Shown piece after piece: positions 53,081 to 62,098 of a stretch of 64,000 bases of DNA. The stretch's first letter is position 1. Every line of letters starts with the position of its first letter. Origin of the DNA: Pseudomonadota bacterium (lineage in GTDB: Bacteria > Pseudomonadota > Gammaproteobacteria > Enterobacterales > JBCCZV01); NCBI GenBank assembly GCA_039187085.1, contig JBCCZV010000001.1:13442-77441 (forward strand). Reading direction: 5' to 3'. The position numbers and the translations under genes were made by a program. The notes under the pieces are model-generated. The model was not told the DNA's origin and made no database searches. It worked only from the letters and a program-made list of their open reading frames with translations.

Positions 53081-53597
53081 TATGTTAACCCTTGAATGTA
53101 TCGTATATGTGCTGAAAAGCTACTAATATTACGTGACGTTTCGCAGTGAAGCAACACTAACACTTTGAAGTCAGGGGAAAGTCATAGGCTAAGTGTTACT
53201 CACTTGGCGTTCGAGTTCTTTGAGACAGTTTTTTAGAGTCAAACCCACGTTGACACAACGAATAGGATAGAGTCAAACTCTCAAACAGCCCAACAAGTCG
53301 CGAAAAGCCACGAAATGTTAGTCACTTTCATATTCCATTGAACAAATACAATCAAGGATTCACTTTAAAAATGAAAACACAAAAACGTGAGTTTTGTGCT
53401 AATAGATCGATTGCAAATCATCATTTTTTCTCAATTGATTCAAAGACTCATCTGAGTGCAAAATAGACAATGTTAAAAAACATCTGTGAGCTACCTCTTT
53501 TATGTCTATCATATCTTCTAATGACATGGTTAGTAGTCAGTTTCTTAGCATTGCCATTGGTTTGGCAAAATGAGGTAGAAGGATAGCTAGTTCAATC

Positions 53598-54848
53598 ATG
53601 GCATACGTTATCATCGTTGAAAGTGATAGGCTAATTGCCAGCTCTTTAGCCACAAATTTAAGCCAAAAACAAGGAATTTCGGTCAGAGTTGTTACCTCTT
53701 ACCGGGAAGCTTTTGTTGTGCTCAATGAAAACCCCGGTTTATATTCATGTATTGTGCTCAATCTTGATGAAAAAGATTTTAATCACGATGTCGTTGTTGA
53801 TTTCCTCGCCACTACCGGTTTACCGGCTATAGCTATTACCGCGCATTTTGATCAAACGTTAAGAGATACCATTTTATCACTGCAAATTGTTGACTATTTT
53901 ATTAAACAAAACCTCAATGAAATTGAGCAAATTACTGCTTTGGTTGGACGTATTCACAGAAACCGCGACATTCGTGTTTTAATTGCCGAGAGTTCAAGTG
54001 CTTTTCAGAAGTACTTAACCGAGCTAATGCAGCGTTATCAATTTCAAGTTTTCACTGCTAATAACGCCCAAGAAGCTATTCAATGGATTGATAGCCGACA
54101 AAATAAACCCATGGATATCATTTTGGTTGAATACGAGCTTGACAAGGGAAACGGCTGTCGACTGGTCAGCCAAATTCGCACACGGTTGCACAGAGAAGAC
54201 GTTATCATTATTGGTATCGCCGATAGAGAAAATCCAACGCAGTCAGTTTCTATGTTCAAAGCAGGTGTGAATGATTTTATTGGTAAACCTTTTTTACAAG
54301 AAGAGTTCGCCTGTCGAATTAGTCAAAATGTCGAAATGCTAGAAAATTTACGCTCTATCAAGTCCCATTCCACTAAAGATTTTTTAACAGGTTTAAATAA
54401 TCGTCGCTATCTTTACGATGTTGGCAGTAAGTTTTACCATGCAGCACTCGCTCAACATTTAAAATTAACCTGCGCTCTGATTGACATTGATAGCCTTCGT
54501 ACAATCAATGAAAAGTATGGACATCATATTGGAGACTTAACTCTTCAACAAATCGCTAAACTGCTACTGGATGAGTTTGATCCTTTTCATATAGTGACGC
54601 GCTATGGCGGAGAAGAATTTTGCGTTCTTTTGATAGGCCAAAGCTTGGAAGCAGCAACGGCCATTATGAAAAATTTTGAAACAATTGTTCTGGAAAAGTT
54701 TTTTGGTACCGATTACGATAAGTTTCAAATTTCATTAACGATCGGACTGAGTCAAACCTTAGGTAGCCACTTCGAACAGTTATTAAACAATGCCTATGCA
54801 GAATTATGCCATCTAAAAAATGAAAAACACCAATCATTGCTACGATAA
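53598..54848 (+). CDS. PleD-like response regulator diguanylate cyclase (REC, pseudo-REC, GGDEF)
   Basis: 416 aa. REC1 has an acidic pocket and NLD. REC2 has Glu at the acceptor position (ILVEYELDKGNG). The GGDEF domain has DIDSLRTINEKYGHHIGD and active-site RYGGEEF, with no RxxD I-site upstream. Confidence 0.9.
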   Translation: MAYVIIVESDRLIASSLATNLSQKQGISVRVVTSYREAFVVLNENPGLYSCIVLNLDEKDFNHDVVVDFLATTGLPAIAITAHFDQTLRDTILSLQIVDYFIKQNLNEIEQITALVGRIHRNRDIRVLIAESSSAFQKYLTELMQRYQFQVFTANNAQEAIQWIDSRQNKPMDIILVEYELDKGNGCRLVSQIRTRLHREDVIIIGIADRENPTQSVSMFKAGVNDFIGKPFLQEEFACRISQNVEMLENLRSIKSHSTKDFLTGLNNRRYLYDVGSKFYHAALAQHLKLTCALIDIDSLRTINEKYGHHIGDLTLQQIAKLLLDEFDPFHIVTRYGGEEFCVLLIGQSLEAATAIMKNFETIVLEKFFGTDYDKFQISLTIGLSQTLGSHFEQLLNNAYAELCHLKNEKHQSLLR

Positions 54849-54862
54849 TAACGAGATAAGTA

Positions 54863-55774
54863 CTATTTACCAAAAGGATCTTGCGCCGACTCTTTCGATA
54901 CAATTTCCAATAACCATTCTTTAAAAGCCCTAATCTTGGGCTGTTCTATCGAGGTTTCTGGACAAACCAAGTCATACCCACATTCACTGGGCAGCACAGT
55001 ATCAAAAGGTCGCACGAGCCTTCCTGCAGAGATATCAGCTTGGGAGAGTACATTATGCCCCATAGCGACCCCTTGTCCATGAATAGCAGCCTGAATCACC
55101 ATCGATGAGTGACTAAAAACTGGACCATGCGAAAGGTCAATAGAGTTAACTTTTGCTATCTTCAACCAACGTTTCCAGTCTTCTGTCGAGGCATCATGCA
55201 ACAAGGTATGTTTTGCCAAATCTTTGGGTTCATTTAGAGGTTTAACGCCACCTAATAGCGATGGCGAGCATACAGGAGTCAAATACTCATCAAGTAATCT
55301 CACAGAATATTGCCCCCCATAATAACCATCACCGTAATAAATAGCCAAGTCAATGTCATCACGTAGAAAATCAACTTCAAAATCCTCTGCTTTCAGCCGC
55401 ACATCAATTTCTGGGTATCGTTCGTTAAACTCACTAAGACGAGGAACCAACCACACAATCGCGAAAGTAGGCACAACACTGACTGTAAGTGCACCTGAGG
55501 CACCTCCTGCTTTGATTTGCTCAGTCGCATTAGCTAATTTTTCGAATATGTCGCGTATCAATGGGTAGTATTTTTGTCCTTCTTCGGTCAATAGAAGTGC
55601 TCGATTTCTACGTACAAAAAGCTTAACGCCTAAAAATTCTTCAAGTGCCTTTATCTGGTGGCTAACTGCCGCTTGCGTAACAAAAAGTTCACTTGCAGCG
55701 CGTGTAAAACTCAAGTGTCTAGCAGCGACTTCGAAGGCTCTCAGACTGTTCAAAGGGGGAAGGCGTTTTGGCAT
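54863..55774 (-). CDS. gcvA: LysR-family glycine cleavage system activator GcvA
   Basis: 303 aa, collinear with E. coli GcvA along its whole length (KRLPPLNSLRAFEVAARHLSFTRAA, ELFVTQAAVSHQIKALE, HTLLHDAS, AAIHGQGVA). Confidence 0.85.
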   Translation of the reverse strand: MPKRLPPLNSLRAFEVAARHLSFTRAASELFVTQAAVSHQIKALEEFLGVKLFVRRNRALLLTEEGQKYYPLIRDIFEKLANATEQIKAGGASGALTVSVVPTFAIVWLVPRLSEFNERYPEIDVRLKAEDFEVDFLRDDIDLAIYYGDGYYGGQYSVRLLDEYLTPVCSPSLLGGVKPLNEPKDLAKHTLLHDASTEDWKRWLKIAKVNSIDLSHGPVFSHSSMVIQAAIHGQGVAMGHNVLSQADISAGRLVRPFDTVLPSECGYDLVCPETSIEQPKIRAFKEWLLEIVSKESAQDPFGK

Positions 55775-56072
55775 TTTTTCTCACTCAATTTGCGAAATAA
55801 ATCGCATTGTTCAGATTAGTTTTATTTATGCAAAACATTATAAATGATCGTTTGAAGAGAGGCCAGTGCTCGGATAAAGTACGCATCGAAACTAAGAGAT
55901 GATATGAAAGTTTATGCGGTTGATGCCTGCAGTGTTATTAACGATACCTTTAACACCAAGCTCGTTGATTATCGTGTCTCTACCAATGTTGTTGCTTGAT
56001 CGTCACTAAAAGCTCGTAAATTTACATTTTTTCATTATGTGGGTTACGATTTATTTTAAGGAGTGTCAAAAA

Positions 56073-56366
56073 ATGAAATATGCGATATATCCATTTTTCG
56101 TATTGTCAGTTTTGAGCCTACTTAATACTCCAGCCAGTGCGAAAGACTATCAAATTTCTGAGCCTCAAAATGTTTCAGAAATGGTTATTGAGTCAGCACT
56201 TAGTGCGATGCGTATGGACATACAACGTAATTTAATCGATAAACGCTCAATTGTTTCTTACAATCAGCAAATCTTAGTAGTGCTCCCTCAGGAACAGGGA
56301 CAAAAGTCTGAGTCAGCTCCTGCTGAAACCAGCCTTGCTGCGAGAAGGAAATCTATTGCTGATTAG
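56073..56366 (+). CDS. Hypothetical small secreted protein
   Basis: 97 aa from the ATG at 56073, with an AAGGAG SD 9 nt upstream and signal peptide MKYAIYPFFVLSVLSLLNTPASA|KD. No family recognised. Confidence 0.55.
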   Translation: MKYAIYPFFVLSVLSLLNTPASAKDYQISEPQNVSEMVIESALSAMRMDIQRNLIDKRSIVSYNQQILVVLPQEQGQKSESAPAETSLAARRKSIAD

Positions 56367-56489
56367 TTGGGGTTTCGAATCTGTCTTCTATTTTTTTGTT
56401 TTTTGGGTTTTAACCCATTTCTAGCAGACTGACGACTCTTTTATGACCACATACCCCCTTCTTGGGTCTCGTCTGTCAGTATTTTTGCT

Positions 56490-56520
56490 AATGCGGAGGA
56501 TTTCCTCCGCATTCTTTTTT
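56490..56520 (+). terminator. Strong Rho-independent terminator
   Basis: 10-bp GC-rich stem AATGCGGAGG/CCTCCGCATT with a 4-nt loop, followed by CTTTTTT. It lies 124 nt after the stop of the small secreted-protein gene. Confidence 0.8.
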
Positions 56521-56584
56521 CTCCTCATTAATTTATTCTATAAACTTATTATCTCTGACAACTCATGCAACCATGTTCAACGTT

Positions 56585-57886
56585 TTAAGGCTTATAAGCC
56601 CTAGCAATCTGTAGTTTCAAACGATTTCGATCAATTTTTAACTCACTCGGATCGACATGTTTTTGAATTCTCGGGATACTCCCCTTGAGTTGTGATTTTT
56701 TTAGATTAAGGTCAAGTATTTGAGGCTTTTTATAAACACGATGCTCTTCGTCCGTGACTTTTACCAATTTTGGATGAAGGCGATATTTGTCTTTTTGCTC
56801 AAGTACTGCAGCTATTCCCCCATCAGTTAGATATACAATAGAGCCAGTGGGATAACTTCCCATGCATTGAATAAACTCTAAAATGAGTTCTCCATGAAAA
56901 TTTTTATCTTGTAGCCCATACAAATGGGAAGAAGCTTCTGTGGATGTTAATGCAGGCGCAGCGACAGTCCAAGGATCGAGAAGAAGCGCGTAATAATGCG
57001 CCAAGCTAGCAATCCGAGCATAATAAGGGACGTGTCCAGACTTTAAATTTCTGGGATATCCGGAACCATCATGCCGTTCGTGTAATGCCCCTAATATTGT
57101 CTTAACCCCTCTGTCATCCTTCATACGTCGGGTCACTAATTTTAGGGTTTGTTCCCACAGATACTTTTGCTGTTGCTCTTGAGTGTTCTTAAAAAAGGCA
57201 ACTTTGTCTTTTATTAAAAAAATACCAAGCGTGGAATAACACAGAGCACGACAGAGAGTTTCTGTTTTGTGAAACTCTAAGTTTAAAGAACGGGCAAACA
57301 TCACCGCGAAAACAGCACTTCGCCAAGCATGCGTCAAAAAAGGATTTTGTAAACTCTCAAAGTGACAAAACCACAGAGCAGCATTCGGATTACTCAAAAT
57401 AACTTCATGAAATTGCGCTGTTACTTGAATCAAGCCATCGGTGTCAACTTCCAATTGCGTTTTGGTTCGTCGAAAGAAATCACTAAGCGCTGATTGTGTT
57501 GATGACCACAATCGACGCATCTTAGCTGCTTCTTCATGATAATCATCCAAAGGGCCATAGTTAGCCTCACCTCGCTTTAATACAGCGAGTTTAACGGTAG
57601 TCATGTCATTTTGATTTTTTTTCAAAATGTTCTTAGAGTTAACGGCCCCATTAGTTACTCCCAATAACGATTCCATCGAAGAGGATATATCAGAACGGTT
57701 TAAGTCAACCATAACCCAACGACAATAATTCGCTAGCTGACTTTTAATACCTTCACTTTTAACAACAAAGCCTTGAGAAGGAAAAGGAGTTTCAGACCAA
57801 TCTACATCCAGTCGCGAAATAAACATACCAGGACGAATCGAATCAGCAGGTATTCTTAATGTGGTCTTAACGGGTTGACTTTTCAT
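56585..57886 (-). CDS. DUF3391 / degenerate HD-GYP domain protein (YS-GYP)
   Basis: The N-terminus IRPGMFISRLDVDWSETPFPSQGFVV is DUF3391-like. The GYP motif HERHDGSGYP is intact, but the HD dyad position reads CYSTLG and the ADxxDAL position reads AHYYALL. The likely start is ATG 57886; the longest ORF extends to 57946. Confidence 0.85.
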   Translation of the reverse strand: MKSQPVKTTLRIPADSIRPGMFISRLDVDWSETPFPSQGFVVKSEGIKSQLANYCRWVMVDLNRSDISSSMESLLGVTNGAVNSKNILKKNQNDMTTVKLAVLKRGEANYGPLDDYHEEAAKMRRLWSSTQSALSDFFRRTKTQLEVDTDGLIQVTAQFHEVILSNPNAALWFCHFESLQNPFLTHAWRSAVFAVMFARSLNLEFHKTETLCRALCYSTLGIFLIKDKVAFFKNTQEQQQKYLWEQTLKLVTRRMKDDRGVKTILGALHERHDGSGYPRNLKSGHVPYYARIASLAHYYALLLDPWTVAAPALTSTEASSHLYGLQDKNFHGELILEFIQCMGSYPTGSIVYLTDGGIAAVLEQKDKYRLHPKLVKVTDEEHRVYKKPQILDLNLKKSQLKGSIPRIQKHVDPSELKIDRNRLKLQIARAYKP

Positions 57887-58136
57887 AAAGCTATTACCTA
57901 AAAAAGCCCACAAATGGTGTAGAGCCTGTCGTGGAAAATACACCAAAGCTTATTGGTGGCGCCTAGTTAAAATGTGATTTTGTTCTAAAAACTTTGTGAA
58001 CTATAACGCATTACTATGCTATGTTTTGTGAACTTGTTCAAATTAGCGCGCTTAACTTAAGACGTATAGCTTTTTTATGATGAAGTCAGAAAAATACCGG
58101 CTGAAAGGATAAGACTTTTTGCATTATAAGAACAAC

Positions 58137-58754
58137 TTAATCTTTTCGATAAGCTTTTTTTCTTATTTGTTGCTCGTAGGCTTTTTTGAGTAGCGCATTT
58201 TGATCGAAAAATAAATCTGATTCAAAACCTCCTGACTCTAGTAGCCGATATTTTAGCTCAGATTCAGATTCAAGTGCACCTTCATGGGTAATATGCTGTA
58301 CAGTAATGTTATATCGTTTTTCAAGAGAATCTGCTATTAACAAACTACGATGGCAATGGGATGGGTCTTTTTCTGCACACATTAAAGCAATAGTAAAACC
58401 TTTTTCTAAACCTTTTAGTAGACGATTGACACCTTCATTAAATAAGCTTGAGTTCATCAGCCTGTCAAACTGTACTTGACCTTTCTTATCATAGTGCTCA
58501 GGGTTCTTTGAACGCGGACCCAATTCTTTACCTAAATCAATATAATAAATATTATTTTGTTTAAGACTGGATGCAACCCGATTTTGATCGAATTCATAGT
58601 AATATGCGCTAAAAGGGACAGAGCGGACATCGACTACAGCATCAATACTATAGTGATGTAACTGTGCTAAAAAAGTCTTCATTGGCTTTGCTGCGTAACC
58701 AATTGTGAAAATAGTAATGCTCTTCAATGGTCTTGTTTTTTCATTCATTATCAT
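58137..58754 (-). CDS. DUF488 family protein
   Basis: 205 aa. IFTIGYAAK...VVDVRSVPFS...YIDLGKELG...CAEKDPSHCHRSLI matches the DUF488 pattern. Its start overlaps the upstream gene's stop by 14 nt. Confidence 0.8.
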   Translation of the reverse strand: MIMNEKTRPLKSITIFTIGYAAKPMKTFLAQLHHYSIDAVVDVRSVPFSAYYYEFDQNRVASSLKQNNIYYIDLGKELGPRSKNPEHYDKKGQVQFDRLMNSSLFNEGVNRLLKGLEKGFTIALMCAEKDPSHCHRSLLIADSLEKRYNITVQHITHEGALESESELKYRLLESGGFESDLFFDQNALLKKAYEQQIRKKAYRKD

Positions 58755-59883
58755 TTACGTCACTGAGATAAAGGCGTTGCTTTTGATGATCAATACGGAA
58801 TCGAAAATTAGCTAAAAAATCCATACCTAGCAATCCATCAAAACGGCCATTTTCTGAAAGATTAACTTCTATAACAGCAGTATCCACCAATTCAAAGCTA
58901 CCCATCCGCACATTGGCTATTTCGAAAACCGTAGAACGTACTTGTCCATTTGCTGTACTCACTAAAGTTTCGCCAAGAGCTCTAAGGCCCGACGTCTCTG
59001 ATGCGATAAGTTCAATGGCTTGTGGTGATAGCGCAGTACTCGTCGCCCCTGTATCCAACAACAATAAAAGCTCAACACTTTCGTTAAAAATGACTTTCGC
59101 TAAAAAGCTATTCCCTTCTACAATTAATGGAATACCTTGTATATTATTATCATTGTCAATGATTTTGCTTAGTCGAGAAATTTGTTGTTGAACTTCATTA
59201 TCAAACACCGTTCCTTGTGGTAATAAATATAAAACATCTAAGGCTTGCAGCAAGTCTCCTTCAGCTTCAAACCAATAGGATAGCGCCAAACTAACTGGAG
59301 GAAAGTCTGGCTGTTTTTCACGAGCGAACTCCAAAAAGAAATAAAAATCATTATTATCCCAAGACCGAGATTGCTTACTATAGCTGCTTATAGCTGATTG
59401 AATAAACTGATTCGTTTCCTTGGTATAAACTTGTGTCAACTCAAAATTTTCAGCTAACTTAATGGCTTGATAGTAAAGTGCGAGAGCTTCAATATAATTC
59501 TCTTTGTAATAAACTAATGCTTGTGCTTTTAACCAGGCTTTTTGACTTTCTGACAAATGAATTTGCACTAGAGCCGACAACCATTCCTGATAAGTTAGCC
59601 AATGAGAAAAATTTTGTAATTTTTTCCAATCTGGCAATACCAATGCGTCATGAGTTGCTGAATGTTTTGTGATTTCACGAGATATTTTTTCGCCGGAGGG
59701 TGTCTTAAAGCTCTTTGAAATAGAAGCCATTGACTCTACGCTTTGATGCCCAAGTTCACTTTTCTCTATAGGGTCAACTTCAACGTTTAACCCTTTATGT
59801 AAATGATAAAAGTTAGGATACAACCACCACCCTAACAAACCACCCACTAATAACATGACAAGATCGCGTATTTTTATCATCAT
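58741..59883 (-). CDS. Membrane-anchored retropepsin-like (clan AA) aspartic protease, long form
   Basis: 380 aa with an N-terminal TM, a ~230-aa helical middle region and a C-terminal retropepsin-like domain (LLLDTGATSTALS, GLLGMDFLANFRFRID). Confidence 0.8.
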   Translation of the reverse strand: MMIKIRDLVMLLVGGLLGWWLYPNFYHLHKGLNVEVDPIEKSELGHQSVESMASISKSFKTPSGEKISREITKHSATHDALVLPDWKKLQNFSHWLTYQEWLSALVQIHLSESQKAWLKAQALVYYKENYIEALALYYQAIKLAENFELTQVYTKETNQFIQSAISSYSKQSRSWDNNDFYFFLEFAREKQPDFPPVSLALSYWFEAEGDLLQALDVLYLLPQGTVFDNEVQQQISRLSKIIDNDNNIQGIPLIVEGNSFLAKVIFNESVELLLLLDTGATSTALSPQAIELIASETSGLRALGETLVSTANGQVRSTVFEIANVRMGSFELVDTAVIEVNLSENGRFDGLLGMDFLANFRFRIDHQKQRLYLSDVNDNE

Positions 59884-59962
59884 TCAAACTCGTTTGGATA
59901 ATTCTTAAATTGAGACAATAAACACTACATTGAATTCCAAAATTGCTTGCTTGTAAAAAACA

Positions 59963-60829
59963 CTATTTAACTGTGAGCCTTTTACGCCCCAAAATCACTA
60001 CACTAATGCCCAACAGGATAATGAAAGATGCAATAAACAATCTCAATGTCACGCTATCACCCACCACAACCATGCCTCCAATAGCAGCAATGACGGGTAC
60101 TAACAACTGAAAAGAAGCTGCTTGACTGGCAGAGAGATAAGCTAGTGCATGATACCAAATACTATAACCCACACCGGATGCTAAACCCCCGGACAATACA
60201 GCAAAAGTTATCGCTTCACTTGAACCTAACCGCCACTCCCCATCTACTATTAACACGACCAATATCCAAGGTAATGCATAAAGAAAATTTTGATGGGTAT
60301 CACTCAAAGGAGCCTGGGATGACTTCCCTAAAAAGGTATATACACCCCATGCAAAACCTGCCAAACCCATGGTAATTGCACTCAACAAAGGCGGTCTAGC
60401 GATACCAGGTAACATTAAATAAACCAAACCACCGAAAGCCACAATAATTCCTAGCCATTCTAGTCGATGGAGAGGCTGACGTTGCACTAGCGCGATACCT
60501 ACCAATGTGAGTTGTACTACACCAAATAAAAGTAGAGCACCTGTGGCTGTATCTAAGCGTACATAAGCGACAGAAAACGTAATTGCGTACAAGAATAACC
60601 AAAATGCTGAAAAACTATAAGACTTAAAACTTTTTTTCGGTTCTCTCTTCAAAGATTGTGCTCGCCATGCCACGAGGAGCCACAACACCAACGCCCCAGA
60701 CAGTAAACGTACACCCGTAAAAGATGCCGCACTCATAGATTTATCTTGTAACGCTAGGCGACAGAAAACCGAGTTCGCAGCAAATGCCATAATAGCGAGA
60801 CTAGTCAAGAGTAAGGCTTTGAGTGACAT
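59963..60829 (-). CDS. EamA/DMT-family transporter
   Basis: 288 aa with about ten hydrophobic helices in two EamA-like halves. Confidence 0.85.
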   Translation of the reverse strand: MSLKALLLTSLAIMAFAANSVFCRLALQDKSMSAASFTGVRLLSGALVLWLLVAWRAQSLKREPKKSFKSYSFSAFWLFLYAITFSVAYVRLDTATGALLLFGVVQLTLVGIALVQRQPLHRLEWLGIIVAFGGLVYLMLPGIARPPLLSAITMGLAGFAWGVYTFLGKSSQAPLSDTHQNFLYALPWILVVLIVDGEWRLGSSEAITFAVLSGGLASGVGYSIWYHALAYLSASQAASFQLLVPVIAAIGGMVVVGDSVTLRLFIASFIILLGISVVILGRKRLTVK

Positions 60830-60835
60830 AGGTAC

Positions 60836-62098
60836 TTATCCGCCCGTTGCAATCACACGCATGATTTCTCCGCAGATCCAAGCACCAACACTTCCTACGG
60901 CATAACCTAAAATAGCTAGAAGAGCACCTACAGGCGCTAACGAAGGATGAAAGGCAGAAGCAACGACCGGCGCTGAAGCTGCGCCACCAACATTCGCCTG
61001 ACTGCAAACTGCCATAAAAAACAATGGTGCGCGTATTAATCGAGCAACAATTAACATCAAGCTAGCATGAATAGCCATCCAAATTATTCCTATAACAAAT
61101 AATTGTGGGGTATTTACTACCGCTGTAATATCCATCTTCAAACCGATAACAACGACCAAAATAAAAATAAAGACGGAGGCAATATTTGAGGAACCCGCCC
61201 CCACTAAATTTTTAAGTGGCGTGAAAGATAGGCTAATACCAATAACTGTAACGGTTAGAATTAACCACAAAAATGGACTATCTAAACCACTACTGGCTAG
61301 GTCTTCATGAATTAATGGTAATGTCGACGCCATAAAAGGCCCCATGAAGTTGGCCACTATATGACCTATAGCGGTCGCTCCAAAACCAACTGCTAAAATG
61401 CCCATAAAATCTTTTGTTTGTGGAATTCGAGCATGTTTTTTTTCAAATGCTTCAACAGTTTGCTTGATTTCTTCTATGGATCTGACATCAGCCCCTACTT
61501 TGGCATCAATTTCTTTTGCCCTTGAAGCCATGTACAAAATCACCGCCATCCAAATTTGGGCAACGAGCACATCAACAGCAATCATGCTGGAGAATATTGC
61601 GTCCCCAACGTCAAATGTCTCTTTCATTGCTAACTGATTCGCTCCGCCACCAATCCACGAGCCGGCGACGGTCGTCATACCTTTCCAAACTGCATCATTG
61701 CCTTCTCCACCAACCCACTCTGGTTGGATGGCTCCCACGATTAATAGCGCTATTGGGCCACCGATGATGATACCAATTGTTGCAGTAAAAAATAAAATTA
61801 ACGGTTTTATACCAAGCGCTGCAATTCGTTTTAAATCGATGCTCATAGTGAGTAGTACTAAAGCAGCCGGTAAAAGATATCGACTAGCTACGGTGTAGAG
61901 TTGGCTGATGGCTTCCGAACCTTCTTCAGTCAACATGCCACTGGAAGTAATTACAGAAGGAATAAAGTAACAAAGAAGAATGATGGGAAAAATGCGATAA
62001 AAAATTTGACTATAGCGATTACCATTGTAATACGTGTAAAAGATAACACCCAAAATACAGGCTAAAACCCCAAATAAAACCGGTGCACTACTGATCAT
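60836..62098 (-). CDS. DUF819 family integral membrane protein
   Basis: 420 aa, polytopic. The N-terminus LFGVLACILGVIFY...FYRIFPIILLCYFIPS is typical of DUF819. Located 6 nt upstream of the EamA gene. Confidence 0.75.
   Translation of the reverse strand: MISSAPVLFGVLACILGVIFYTYYNGNRYSQIFYRIFPIILLCYFIPSVITSSGMLTEEGSEAISQLYTVASRYLLPAALVLLTMSIDLKRIAALGIKPLILFFTATIGIIIGGPIALLIVGAIQPEWVGGEGNDAVWKGMTTVAGSWIGGGANQLAMKETFDVGDAIFSSMIAVDVLVAQIWMAVILYMASRAKEIDAKVGADVRSIEEIKQTVEAFEKKHARIPQTKDFMGILAVGFGATAIGHIVANFMGPFMASTLPLIHEDLASSGLDSPFLWLILTVTVIGISLSFTPLKNLVGAGSSNIASVFIFILVVVIGLKMDITAVVNTPQLFVIGIIWMAIHASLMLIVARLIRAPLFFMAVCSQANVGGAASAPVVASAFHPSLAPVGALLAILGYAVGSVGAWICGEIMRVIATGG

Noticed and set aside
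56369-56381. GGGGTTTCGAATC, resembling a tRNA T-arm/T-loop (possible tRNA fragment or integration att remnant)
   Set aside because: The flanking bases cannot form a T-stem (TGGGG versus CTGTC). There is no acceptor, anticodon or D-arm nearby, and no integrase or direct repeat in the vicinity.
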